Positions 1-8,858 of a DNA stretch of 64,000 nucleotides are shown here, piece by piece (positions within the stretch are counted from its first letter, which is position 1; the number at the start of each line of letters is the position of its first letter). A model generated the notes under the pieces. The model worked only from the letters and a program-made list of their open reading frames with translations. It was not told the DNA's origin and made no database searches. The position numbers and the translations under genes are program-made. This DNA is from Anderseniella sp. (GTDB lineage: Bacteria > Pseudomonadota > Alphaproteobacteria > Rhizobiales > Aestuariivirgaceae). The DNA is taken from the NCBI GenBank assembly GCA_039978075.1, contig JBDWCA010000004.1, positions 127,413 through 191,412 of the forward strand, given 5' to 3'.

Positions 1-258
1 GCACAGAATCTGCACGGATTTGCGCAATCCCGTTGGCAAGAGCGGATCTTTCTCAACAAGCTTGCGAACGTCTGCTTCTTCGGCTGCTTCGACGATCCAC
101 ATGCCACCGGCGCCTGATCCTGTGCCGGTGGCAAGGGGACCGGCAGCCTTTATCAGTGAATTGTTGCGCTCCAGGAAGGCGAGGTGATCCGGCATGTGCC
201 GGGCTCTGATTTCGGGGCCTGTGCCCGGGTTGTCTTCGAACATGACGGCAAAAAGCAT
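1..258 (-). CDS. YciI-like (YCII domain) protein, 3' end truncated by window edge
   Basis: Not in the ORF track. Manual minus-strand translation from the ATG at 258 gives MLFAVMFEDNPGTGPEIRARHMPDHLAFLERNNSLIKAAGPLATGTGSGAGGMWIVEAAEEADVRKLVEKDPLLPTGLRKSVQILC, open to position 1. An AAGGA Shine-Dalgarno lies about 9 nt upstream. The sequence pattern is typical of the YciI family. Confidence 0.75.
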   Translation of the reverse strand, partial: MLFAVMFEDNPGTGPEIRARHMPDHLAFLERNNSLIKAAGPLATGTGSGAGGMWIVEAAEEADVRKLVEKDPLLPTGLRKSVQILC

Positions 259-355
259 GATGGGGATCCTTATCCGTGAAGTGTTTCAGCCGGGCCATCA
301 TATGTGTGCGAATTTGCAGCTTGAAGGCGTATTTTTGCATCGTTAAACTGCAAAA

Positions 356-1231
356 ATGCAGAATTTAAACTGGAACGATCTGCGCTATCTGCTGGCTGTG
401 AAGAGGGCTGGCTCGCTATCGGCGGCTGCGCGCCTGATGGGCGTGGACGACACTACTGTGTCACGCAGGCTGGGAGCATTGCGACGGGCGCTTGGCGAAG
501 ACCTGTTTGTCCGGCAACCCGACGGGACGCTGGTTCTTACGGATCACGGCGCAAAGGCTACGCTTCACATCGAGACCATGGAGCGCGAATCCGACCTGTT
601 GAGCGAGACGTTTACCGCGAACGCAGATGAGTGCATCGGCACTGTCAGGATTACGTCGGTTCCGTTTCTGATCAACCGGTGGCTGACCCCGCAGGTGGAT
701 GGTCTTCTGCAACAGCATCCGAAACTCCGGGTCGACCTTATTCCGGACAACAGGGATTTCAACCTCACACTGCGGGAAGCGGATATTGCATTGCGTTTCG
801 CCAGGCCGGACACCGGCGGCAATAACGTGATCGCACGTCGCATTGGATCGTTGCCGTTCTCGGTTTTCGTCGCCAGCTCTCATTCGCGCGTTAGAGACCT
901 TGAGCTTCCGTGGATCACCTATGATGACAGCATGGCTCATTTGCCCCAGGCGAAATGGCTTGTCAGGACGCTGAGACAGAACGGCGAGCAATCCGCCGGG
1001 GTGCGGGTGCATGATGTTGAAACAGCGATGGAGGCCGTCATTGCCGGTGTTGGCAAGTCGCTGCTGCCAACCCCGATTGCAGACCGCTTGCCCGGTCTGC
1101 GAAAGCTTGATCCCGGGTCGACAGGTGTTGCAAGAGAGGTCTGGTTGTTGTCACACAGAAATCAGCACTCGCTGCGCCGTATCTCAGAAGTGTCAAAGTG
1201 GATTGCAGCGCTTTTTTGCGACTTCCGCTGA
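356..1231 (+). CDS. LysR family transcriptional regulator
   Basis: 291 aa. N-terminal wHTH motif: WNDLRYLLAVKRAGSLSAAARLMGVDDTTVSRRLGALRRALGEDLF. It is divergent from the YciI-like gene. Confidence 0.9.
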   Translation: MQNLNWNDLRYLLAVKRAGSLSAAARLMGVDDTTVSRRLGALRRALGEDLFVRQPDGTLVLTDHGAKATLHIETMERESDLLSETFTANADECIGTVRITSVPFLINRWLTPQVDGLLQQHPKLRVDLIPDNRDFNLTLREADIALRFARPDTGGNNVIARRIGSLPFSVFVASSHSRVRDLELPWITYDDSMAHLPQAKWLVRTLRQNGEQSAGVRVHDVETAMEAVIAGVGKSLLPTPIADRLPGLRKLDPGSTGVAREVWLLSHRNQHSLRRISEVSKWIAALFCDFR

Positions 1232-1334
1232 CATACAACCGGTCCTTGCCAACAGGTCGGCGTTGATCGTTACCTTGTTAGGTTTTCGGTCAAATTATGT
1301 CCATAAACTTGGTCCAACACTTCGTCAAACAATC

Positions 1335-1820
1335 ATGGAAATTGCGGTAACCGGTATGGAAATTCGCGTAGACGATCTTAGCGGACCTGAAATTGCAGGT
1401 CTGCTGAAAGGCCATCTTGATCATATGGCAACACTGTCTCCGCCGGACACCGTGCATACCCTCGACCTGGAATCTCTGCGGGTGCCGGAAGTAACGTTCT
1501 GGACTATGTGGGATGGTTCCAATCTGCTGGGCTGCGGCGCCCTGAAGGAGCTTGATTCCTCATTTGCGGAAATCAAATCCATGCGTACCGCACCTGAACA
1601 TCGCGGCAAGGGTGTTGCTGAACAGCTGGTCGGCCACATCCTGGACGTGGCACGGCAACGCGGATATCAGCGCATCAGTCTTGAGACTGGAACGCATGCG
1701 GATTTTCAACCGGCTCACAGGCTGTACAAGCGCTTCGGATTTGACTACGGCGACGCCTTTGCAGACTATGCCGTCACCGAGCACAATGTGTGCATGACGC
1801 TTGAACTGGCGCCAGATTGA
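1335..1820 (+). CDS. GNAT family N-acetyltransferase
   Basis: This is the C-terminal part of ORF 1011..1820. The acetyl-CoA motif HRGKGVAEQLVGHILDVARQRGY is present. The in-frame ATGs at 1335 and 1356 were chosen because the longer ORF overlaps the LysR gene. Confidence 0.8.
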   Translation: MEIAVTGMEIRVDDLSGPEIAGLLKGHLDHMATLSPPDTVHTLDLESLRVPEVTFWTMWDGSNLLGCGALKELDSSFAEIKSMRTAPEHRGKGVAEQLVGHILDVARQRGYQRISLETGTHADFQPAHRLYKRFGFDYGDAFADYAVTEHNVCMTLELAPD

Positions 1821-1832
1821 AAAGACAGCCGC

Positions 1833-2462
1833 ATGATCATCGACCCTGCTCAGTTATTGATTTTCACGATGGCCGGAATTGCCCTGAACCTGACCCCGGG
1901 CGCAGACATGATGTTCTGCCTGTCGCAAGGGCTGAAGTCGGGACGCAAGGCGGGCTTTGCCGCGAGTCTCGGGATCGCCACCGGCAGTGTCATCCATGTC
2001 CTGTTGGCAGCCTTTGGTCTGGCAGCGCTGATTGCGGCAAACCCGGTGGCCTTCGAAGTGTTGCGCTGGGCCGGTGTCGGCTATCTGGTCTGGCTGGCCG
2101 TACAGGCACTCAGACATCCGGTGCAGCTTGACCTGCCAGATGACGCCATAAAGTCTCTGCCCATGAGGGCCTGGCGCGACGGGGTGCTGGTCAATCTGCT
2201 CAATCCGAAAGTCATCGTGTTCACACTGGCGTTTTTGCCGCAGTTTGTGGATCCGGAGCGCGGATCGACCGTGCTGCAGTTCCTGCTGCTGGGACTGGTT
2301 CTCAACGTAACAGGCACAACCGTAAACGGGTTCGTCGGCATCGGTGCCGGTTCGGTGCGCGGTCTTCTGGCAGGAAACAGGTGGATTGTCCGAACACTTG
2401 GTTATGTGTCGTCTGCAGTTTTCCTGGGGCTGGCGGCGAAGCTGGCATTCGACCGGCGTTAG
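1833..2462 (+). CDS. LysE/RhtB family amino-acid efflux translocator
   Basis: 209 aa multi-TM protein. The N-terminus (LLIFTMAGIALNLTPGADMMFCLSQGLKSGRKAG) is characteristic of the LysE family. Confidence 0.88.
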   Translation: MIIDPAQLLIFTMAGIALNLTPGADMMFCLSQGLKSGRKAGFAASLGIATGSVIHVLLAAFGLAALIAANPVAFEVLRWAGVGYLVWLAVQALRHPVQLDLPDDAIKSLPMRAWRDGVLVNLLNPKVIVFTLAFLPQFVDPERGSTVLQFLLLGLVLNVTGTTVNGFVGIGAGSVRGLLAGNRWIVRTLGYVSSAVFLGLAAKLAFDRR

Positions 2463-2476
2463 GCGGCGAAACCCAG

Positions 2477-2728
2477 TCAGTCTGGCGACGAGGATTTAAT
2501 CATTTCGGTGAGCCAGATGACTTTTGATTTCGCGGCCTCCAGTGCGGCGGGTTCAGTCGGGAATTTTTGGGCGGAATAATGCCCGACGGGAAACCAACCT
2601 CGCGCATCTTCCACATCCCGGCGATACTCCTCAAAACCGAACGTCCCGTCGGGCCGCACAAAAATGTCAACGCAGGTCGCATCGTCATGGCCGTTGATCG
2701 ACAGCATCACCTTGTTGATGTGGGCCAT
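2477..2728 (-). CDS. hypothetical small protein (83 aa)
   Basis: ORF 2477..2800. The internal ATG at 2728 is preferred because a GGAGG sits about 5 nt upstream. I recognise no family. Confidence 0.5.
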   Translation of the reverse strand: MAHINKVMLSINGHDDATCVDIFVRPDGTFGFEEYRRDVEDARGWFPVGHYSAQKFPTEPAALEAAKSKVIWLTEMIKSSSPD

Positions 2729-2899
2729 GGGACCTCCCAATTGCTTTCGTTGGATGATCGATGTGCTGCCAGGGTCAGGAAGTTTTCCAAAATGTAACAC
2801 TTTCCATGTCGATATGTTTGCCTATTGTGGCTCTGTTTGGCCCGGTGTCATGTCGAACGTCTGCTTTGCCGGCGGTCTGATATATTCAGGATAGTAGTG

Positions 2900-4258
2900 A
2901 TGGAATTACTTGTCGGTCTGCTGGTTGAGGTGCTGGTTTCTTTCTTGGTTGCCGTCGTTCCTGTCATTGCGAGTTTTGCAGCGGCGGTGATTGTCTGGAT
3001 TGCAGATCTGTTCTCCGGTTTCGGCGGTAGTCCGGACACGCAACCTAAAATGCCAGACGAGGCCGACAGCCCGGCCGAGCAGGATCGTCCTGTCTCGCCT
3101 CCCGCAGATTACATGCCGTCTGTCGCATTCAAGTGGATCAAGCGGGCCGCGGTGAGTGTGCTTGTGGTGACAATTGCCTGCCTGATTGTAATCAATCTCC
3201 TGTTCCTCAAGCCGATCGGCAACTGGGCTTTGGCCAAACTCGAGCAGCGGACCGGGATTGAAGTGATTGCGTCCGGTATCTCCGGCAACCTGTTTACCGG
3301 CACATTCAAGTTGACCGGCCTGACTGCAAAGCGCGCGAGTAGTGAAAAGACCAGTTTCGAGCTGAAGGTTGCTGAAGTCTCCGGAGATCTTGTAATGAAC
3401 TCTCTGTTCTTCGGCACACCCAGGTTTGAAAAATTGTCCGTCAATGGGGTCTCCGGACGATTTGATGTCAAAAAGCGCGACAAGAACCGCAAGCCGGAAA
3501 AGATCAAGGCAAGAAGAGATTTCATAGTCAATCACATGATGATCTCGGATGTTGCTCTCCAGCTCTGCAATGCCAAGAATGAAGCGCTGGATGTGAGTTT
3601 GACGTCTGTGGAGTCCAGGCCGTTACGCAGCAATTACGCGGTGTTCGATGTGTTTTTCCGATCGAATATCTCAGGGACTCTGGCCGGGCGAACATTGGAG
3701 ATCAGGTCCGCGCCCACTGATGCCGGCCGTGCCACGACGTGGAAAATCGATCAACTGCCGGTATCAATCCTCAGCCATTTTTCAGACGCGCCGGTTATCA
3801 GTTGGCTTGAACAAGGCACACTTGATGTTGACGTGACAGACAGTTGGAAAATGACTGATCGTGCGAAGATCAATATGGATTGGCGCCTGCTGGCAAACGG
3901 TGTGAAAATGCAGGTTCCGGCCGACGCAGGGCTGATGCAGAAAACTGTTTTCATACCGGCACAAAAATACCTGAACGGGCGCGACAAACCGGTCGACGTT
4001 TCATTTTCACTTGTCATGAACGAAGAACAGTTTGAAGGCGCCGCCTCACTGGAGGCAGCCAATCTGTGGGCAACAGTCAGGGACGGCTTTATCAAGGCAC
4101 TGGCTCTGAAATACCGGGCAGCGGGAGAGCCTGACGTGCAAGATGGTCAAGCGCCGCTCAATCAGGAAGAGAAAGCGCGTGGTCTGGTGGACAAGGCGAC
4201 AGACAGTTTCAAAAAACTGCTGGACAAAAGGCGCAAGGCGCCTACGCCTGAAAACTAG
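2900..4258 (+). CDS. membrane protein, possibly AsmA/DUF748-like
   Basis: ORF 2825..4258; the ATG at 2900 gives MELLVGLLVEVLV.... There are two N-terminal hydrophobic segments separated by a Pro/Asp-rich linker, then a beta-rich body and a basic C-terminal tail. The family call is weak. Confidence 0.6.
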   Translation: MELLVGLLVEVLVSFLVAVVPVIASFAAAVIVWIADLFSGFGGSPDTQPKMPDEADSPAEQDRPVSPPADYMPSVAFKWIKRAAVSVLVVTIACLIVINLLFLKPIGNWALAKLEQRTGIEVIASGISGNLFTGTFKLTGLTAKRASSEKTSFELKVAEVSGDLVMNSLFFGTPRFEKLSVNGVSGRFDVKKRDKNRKPEKIKARRDFIVNHMMISDVALQLCNAKNEALDVSLTSVESRPLRSNYAVFDVFFRSNISGTLAGRTLEIRSAPTDAGRATTWKIDQLPVSILSHFSDAPVISWLEQGTLDVDVTDSWKMTDRAKINMDWRLLANGVKMQVPADAGLMQKTVFIPAQKYLNGRDKPVDVSFSLVMNEEQFEGAASLEAANLWATVRDGFIKALALKYRAAGEPDVQDGQAPLNQEEKARGLVDKATDSFKKLLDKRRKAPTPEN

Positions 4259-4267
4259 CTCGTAGTT

Positions 4268-5299
4268 TCATTGGCCTTGCTTGGGCGCAGCCAGTGAGTC
4301 GCGGTCGACGATGCGGGTTTCAAGTTCAATTCTGACAGGCCCCTCAGCGTCCTTGACCAAACTGTAAAGAGTGTCACCGGCAAGTTGTCCCATTTGCCGG
4401 TGCGGCACGTGAACCGTTGTCAGGGCGGGGCTGATGACGGTGGCCAGTTCAATGTCGTCAAAACCGATGATTGACACATCTTCCGGCACGCCCAGGCCTG
4501 CTGCCCTGGCCGCCTGAATAGCCCCGACTGCGAGAACGTCGTTGCCACAGATGACAAGTGAGGGAAGGGGGGCTGTTGAAACGAACTGCCTGAATGCCTC
4601 GCGGCCGTTCTCAATCGAGTAATCTGTTTCGATAACCGGCATGGCCGCGGCATCCAGACCTGCAGCGGTGATTGCCTGTTGCGCCCCGAGAACACGGTCC
4701 CGGGCCCTGTCGTTAGTGCCGGTTGGTGCTGAAATACAGGCGAATGACCTGTGACCCAGGCGGATCGCCCTGGTCACCAGACGTTCGGATGCGGCACAAT
4801 TGTCAAACCCTACATAGGACTGGCTTTGGTCCGCAGAGCATGCCCATGCGATCACTGTGGGAATATTGCGGTCGGACAGGAAGGTGTAAATTTCCGGGTG
4901 CCGTTCAGTTCCGATCAGCAACAATCCGTCGGCACCGCGTGCGACCATGGTGCGGATCTGCCGGGCTTCCTGTTCAGGGTCGTAGGCGGAGCTTGCGACA
5001 AGCGTCGTGGCGTTTTTCTCAACAAGTGATTTTTGAAAGGCCTCAATGCCGCGCGCGAAAATTGCGTTTTCCATTGTGGGGATAACGGCACCAAAAATTC
5101 CGGTTCGGTTTGCTGCAATGGCGCGGGCGCCGAAGTTGGGAGAGTAGTTGAGTTTGCTGACAGCTTGCATGACGCGGTCGCGCGTCTTTTCCGATACTTT
5201 GCCGGGTTCATTGAGGCAGCGCGATACCGTCGCGGTAGACACACCGGCGGCGTGGGCTACATCTTCAAGTGTCGGCAGGTTGCGTCCTGTGGATACCAT
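4268..5299 (-). CDS. LacI family transcriptional regulator
   Basis: 343 aa. HTH motif LEDVAHAAGVSTATVSRCLNEPGKVSEKTRDRVMQAVSKLNYSPN, followed by a periplasmic-binding-protein-like sugar-binding fold. Confidence 0.92.
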   Translation of the reverse strand: MVSTGRNLPTLEDVAHAAGVSTATVSRCLNEPGKVSEKTRDRVMQAVSKLNYSPNFGARAIAANRTGIFGAVIPTMENAIFARGIEAFQKSLVEKNATTLVASSAYDPEQEARQIRTMVARGADGLLLIGTERHPEIYTFLSDRNIPTVIAWACSADQSQSYVGFDNCAASERLVTRAIRLGHRSFACISAPTGTNDRARDRVLGAQQAITAAGLDAAAMPVIETDYSIENGREAFRQFVSTAPLPSLVICGNDVLAVGAIQAARAAGLGVPEDVSIIGFDDIELATVISPALTTVHVPHRQMGQLAGDTLYSLVKDAEGPVRIELETRIVDRDSLAAPKQGQ

Positions 5300-5375
5300 T
5301 GGTGTCAGTCGATGATCAATTGTTTCAGCAATTCAGCACGTTATTGCACAGCTCGGATAATCTTCCGAAATAATT

Positions 5376-5415
5376 GATGTAATAGCTTGCATTTTTCGAA
5401 ATGCAAGCTATTACA
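5376..5415. promoter_or_regulatory. perfect 18-bp inverted repeat with 4-nt spacer; candidate operator in a divergent promoter region
   Basis: ATGTAATAGCTTGCATTT-TTCG-AAATGCAAGCTATTACAT, checked by hand reverse complement. It lies between the LacI-family gene and the HisD-family operon. Confidence 0.55.
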
Positions 5416-5451
5416 TTTTGCTCAAAGTTGAAACCGGGTCAGGAGTTCGAT

Positions 5452-5613
5452 GTGTTTGTGGTTCTGACGATCCTGGCATTGGCCGCGCTTGGCATAGTGA
5501 CTGCGGCGAGCGTGTTCATGACAGGTTTTACCGGCGAACCGTTCGTCAGGATTGCGGCCAAGGTGACGCCTTTCCTTCTCCTGATCTTTATTGTTTTGTA
5601 CTTCTACCAGTGA
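5452..5613 (+). CDS. possible small 2-TM membrane protein (about 53 aa)
   Basis: Part of ORF 5401..5613. The GTG at 5452 has a GGAG 6 nt upstream. There are two clear hydrophobic stretches (VFVVLTILALAALGIVTAASVF; VTPFLLLIFIVLYFY). No homology recognised. Confidence 0.3.
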   Translation: MFVVLTILALAALGIVTAASVFMTGFTGEPFVRIAAKVTPFLLLIFIVLYFYQ

Positions 5614-5661
5614 TGTTCGACAGTGAGCTGTCGCTACCCGCAAGCAAGGAGATTGTGATCG

Positions 5662-6969
5662 ATGTCCCGCAATTATTTGAAGAAAGCCGATTTGACTTCA
5701 GCCAGTGGCGCGGACGATGTCCGCGATACGGTTCAGTCAATTCTGAATGATATCGAAGCGCGCGGTGACGCCGGTGCACTGGAATATGCAGCAAAGTTTG
5801 ACAAGTACGATGGTAACATCAAGCTCACGACTGCCGAAATCGAGGCTGTTGCTGCCCTGGTTCCTGAAAAACTGAAGCAGGACATACAGTTCGCCCATGC
5901 AAATGTACGCCGCTTTGCAGAAGCGCAGATGGCGACCATGCAGGATTTCGAGGTGGAAGTTGTCCCCGGCCTGGTTGCAGGTCAGAAAAGCATCCCCGTT
6001 CGCACTGCCGGTTGCTACATTCCCGGCGGGCGTTACAGCCATATCGCATCTGCGATCATGACCGTTACAACGGCCAGTGTCGCAGGTTGTGAGAATATTA
6101 TCGCCTGTTCGCCGCCACGTCCCGGTGTCGGCATAGCACCGGCCATCATTTATGCAGCCCACATTTGCGGAGCGAATTCCATCCTGGCGCTGGGTGGTGT
6201 GCAGGGCGTGGCTGCAATGGCATTCGGCCTGTTTGATCTGCCGAAAGCCGACATTCTTGTGGGCCCAGGCAACCAGTTCGTGGCCGAAGCCAAGCGGATA
6301 CTGTTTGGTCGCGTCGGCATCGACATGTTTGCCGGTCCGACCGACAGCCTCATTCTGGCCGACAAGACAGCGGACGCAGAGATTGTGGCGGCAGACCTGG
6401 TTGGCCAGGCAGAGCACGGATATAATTCACCGGTGTGGCTGGTGACCGATGACATGGCGCTTGCAGAGCGCGTACTGGACCTGGTGCCGGGACTGATTGC
6501 AGACCTGCCTGAGCTCAACTCCAAGAACGCCGAGGCAGCGTGGCGCGATTATGCTGAAGTGATCGTGTGTGACACGCGCGAGGAGATGGCGGCCACATCG
6601 GACGACTATGCACCGGAGCATCTCACCGTTCAGGCTGAAGACCTCGACTGGTGGCTGGGCCGCCTCAAATGCTATGGCTCGCTGTTTCTCGGAGAAGAAA
6701 CCACAGTTGCCTTCGGTGACAAGGCGTCGGGTACCAATCACGTCCTGCCGACGTCGGGTGCTGCGAAATATACCGGCGGGCTTTCGGTTCACAAGTACAT
6801 GAAAATCGTCACCTGGCAGCGCGCCACCCGTGAAGGTGCAAAACCGGTGGCCGAGGCAACAGCGCGGATTTCCAGGCTTGAAGGCATGGAAGGCCATGCC
6901 CGCACCGCCGACATCCGGCTGGCCAAGTATTTCCCCGACGAAGACTTCGATCTGACGGCGGCCATGTAG
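5662..6969 (+). CDS. histidinol-dehydrogenase-family oxidoreductase, probably sulfopropanediol (DHPS) 3-dehydrogenase HpsN-like
   Basis: 435 aa with a full-length HisD fold (GGVQGVAAMAFG, GPGNQFVAEAKR, GQAEHG). An AAGGAG RBS is present. The functional call comes from the comDE and FMN-dehydrogenase context, not from a histidine-operon context. Confidence 0.65.
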   Translation: MSRNYLKKADLTSASGADDVRDTVQSILNDIEARGDAGALEYAAKFDKYDGNIKLTTAEIEAVAALVPEKLKQDIQFAHANVRRFAEAQMATMQDFEVEVVPGLVAGQKSIPVRTAGCYIPGGRYSHIASAIMTVTTASVAGCENIIACSPPRPGVGIAPAIIYAAHICGANSILALGGVQGVAAMAFGLFDLPKADILVGPGNQFVAEAKRILFGRVGIDMFAGPTDSLILADKTADAEIVAADLVGQAEHGYNSPVWLVTDDMALAERVLDLVPGLIADLPELNSKNAEAAWRDYAEVIVCDTREEMAATSDDYAPEHLTVQAEDLDWWLGRLKCYGSLFLGEETTVAFGDKASGTNHVLPTSGAAKYTGGLSVHKYMKIVTWQRATREGAKPVAEATARISRLEGMEGHARTADIRLAKYFPDEDFDLTAAM

Positions 6970-6977
6970 AGGGTAAG

Positions 6978-7745
6978 ATGCAGGATCTGTCCCCCAGTTC
7001 TTTGTTTGATCTCACCGGCAAAACGGCCTGCGTGACCGGCGCGAGCGCGGGGCTGGGCCGGCGTTCAGCGGACGTCCTGCTTGCTGCAGGTGTCAGGGTT
7101 GTCGGAGTGGCACGGCGTGGTGATGCGCTTGCCGATTGGGTTAAGGGCCATTCCGGTCAGGCAGGGTATGTAGAGGCCGACCTGTCCGACCGGGGCTGTC
7201 TGAACCAGGTCATCGAAGATGTGGTTGAAGTGTTCGGTCCGCCCGACATCCTGATCAACGCAGCCGGGATCAACACTCGCGAGGCGGCTGATGATGTTAC
7301 GCCGGAAAATTGGGATGTGACACTGGACCTGAACCTTTCCGCTCCGTTCTTTCTGGCCCAGGGTTTCGTACCCGCCATGAAGCAGAATGGTTTTGGCCGG
7401 ATCATCAATTTTGCCTCCCTGCAGAGCTTCAGGGCGTTTCCCGGCGGCATGGCCTATGGCACGTCAAAGGGCGGTGTAAGTCAGATGACCCGCGCCATGG
7501 CTGAATCCTGGTCATCGTTCGGGGTTACGGTGAATGCGCTGGCACCAGGGTTTTTCAGAACAGAGCTGACGGCGCCGGTGTTCGATGATCCTGACAGGGC
7601 GGCCCGCAATGCAGCTCAGACCTGTATCGGTCGCAATGGCGAACCGGAAGACATTGACGGTCCAATTCTGTTTTTCTGTTCACCCGCATCTTCCTACGTC
7701 ACCGGACAGGTCTTGTCCGTTGATGGTGGCTACACGGCCAAATGA
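6978..7745 (+). CDS. SDR family oxidoreductase
   Basis: 255 aa. It has the TGASAGLGRR cofactor motif and the YGTSKGG catalytic YxxxK motif. Confidence 0.9.
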   Translation: MQDLSPSSLFDLTGKTACVTGASAGLGRRSADVLLAAGVRVVGVARRGDALADWVKGHSGQAGYVEADLSDRGCLNQVIEDVVEVFGPPDILINAAGINTREAADDVTPENWDVTLDLNLSAPFFLAQGFVPAMKQNGFGRIINFASLQSFRAFPGGMAYGTSKGGVSQMTRAMAESWSSFGVTVNALAPGFFRTELTAPVFDDPDRAARNAAQTCIGRNGEPEDIDGPILFFCSPASSYVTGQVLSVDGGYTAK

Positions 7746-7791
7746 ACGTACTCGAAATCATACGCATTCCCACACATGAGGAGTAAAATCT

Positions 7792-8289
7792 GTGTCTGTT
7801 AACACCAAAATCGTGGATGACATGGTCACCAATGGCGTCAATTTTGTTACCACAGTGCCCTGCAAGCAACTGGCTGGCGTCATTGACGAGATAGATGCCA
7901 ACGAGAATATCTACCACATACCGTCCAACAAGGAAGATGAAGGCATGGGGCTGTGCGCCGGTGCTTTCATGGGCGGCAAGCGCCCGGCAATCATCATGCA
8001 GAACACGGCCATTGGTGTAACTATCAATACACTGGTGACGCTGACCCAGTATTACCGGATGCCGCTGCCGATGCTTATTTCGTACCGGGGCGAACTGGGT
8101 GAGCCGGTGGCGTGTCAGGTGGAAATGGCGGTGCACACGAAGGCCCTGCTCAACCAGTTGAACATTCCAACCTACCACTTCCACAAGGAGGAGGACGTCA
8201 ATGAGCTGGACGCCATCCTCAAATACACCTTCATGTGCAACAAGCCTGTTGCCATTCTGACCGATGCCAGCTTCTGGAAAGGATACTGA
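7792..8289 (+). CDS. comD: sulfopyruvate decarboxylase subunit alpha (TPP enzyme N-terminal half)
   Basis: 165 aa with a GTG start and a GAGGAG RBS. This split TPP decarboxylase is followed 3 nt later by the beta half. Confidence 0.75.
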   Translation: MSVNTKIVDDMVTNGVNFVTTVPCKQLAGVIDEIDANENIYHIPSNKEDEGMGLCAGAFMGGKRPAIIMQNTAIGVTINTLVTLTQYYRMPLPMLISYRGELGEPVACQVEMAVHTKALLNQLNIPTYHFHKEEDVNELDAILKYTFMCNKPVAILTDASFWKGY

Positions 8290-8292
8290 ACC

Positions 8293-8847
8293 ATGATCCG
8301 CTCTGAAATTCTGCGCGACATCGCGCCCATCATTCGTGACCACCTGGTTGTCTGCAATATCGGGCTGCCGAGCCAGGAGCTGCATCTGACAGATGACCAG
8401 CCGACCAATTTCTACATGCTCGGGACCATGGGCCTGTCCTCGTCCATCGGTCTTGGTCTGGCCCTGGCACAGGGAAAGAAAGTGATTTCCATTGACGGTG
8501 ACGGCTCCGTTCTCACCAACTTTGGCACCCTGCCGACAATCGCCAACAATGTGGCGGACAATTTCATTCTGCTCATCATCGACAATGGCAGTTACGGGTC
8601 AACCGGTGACCAACCAACCTATGCCGGCAAGAAAACCTCGCTGACGGCTGTGGCCAAGGCGTGTGGTTGTGAAAATGTCGTTGAATGTCGCGCCGAAGAC
8701 ACCGGCAAGACCATCCAGGCTGCGCTGGACAGCAACAAGATGACCATCATTGTCGCCAAGTGTGAGAGCGGTAATGTGAAGGTGCCGGTCATCACTATGG
8801 ATCCAGTGGTCATCCGTGACAGGTTTATGAAGGCTGTTCAGGCTTAA
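8293..8847 (+). CDS. comE: sulfopyruvate decarboxylase subunit beta (TPP-binding half)
   Basis: 184 aa. TPP motif: IDGDGSVLTNFGTLPTIANNVADNFILLIIDNGSYGSTG. Confidence 0.75.
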   Translation: MIRSEILRDIAPIIRDHLVVCNIGLPSQELHLTDDQPTNFYMLGTMGLSSSIGLGLALAQGKKVISIDGDGSVLTNFGTLPTIANNVADNFILLIIDNGSYGSTGDQPTYAGKKTSLTAVAKACGCENVVECRAEDTGKTIQAALDSNKMTIIVAKCESGNVKVPVITMDPVVIRDRFMKAVQA

Positions 8848-8858
8848 GGGACCTCGCA

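Noticed and set aside
53-340. Track ORF of 95 aa on the minus strand upstream of the LysR gene
   Set aside because: The translation is Arg/His/Pro-rich and not protein-like. A different minus-strand frame (258 down to 1) encodes a clean YciI-like sequence with its own Shine-Dalgarno.
1011-1334. N-terminal 108 codons of track ORF 1011..1820
   Set aside because: This part overlaps the 3' end of the LysR gene and has Cys/Arg/Gln-rich composition. The recognisable GNAT domain begins at the internal ATG at 1335 or 1356.
5418-5750. 110-aa plus-strand ORF overlapping the start of the HisD-family gene
   Set aside because: It runs through the AAGGAG RBS and the first 30 codons of the HisD-like gene in another frame, and has no hydrophobic or family pattern.
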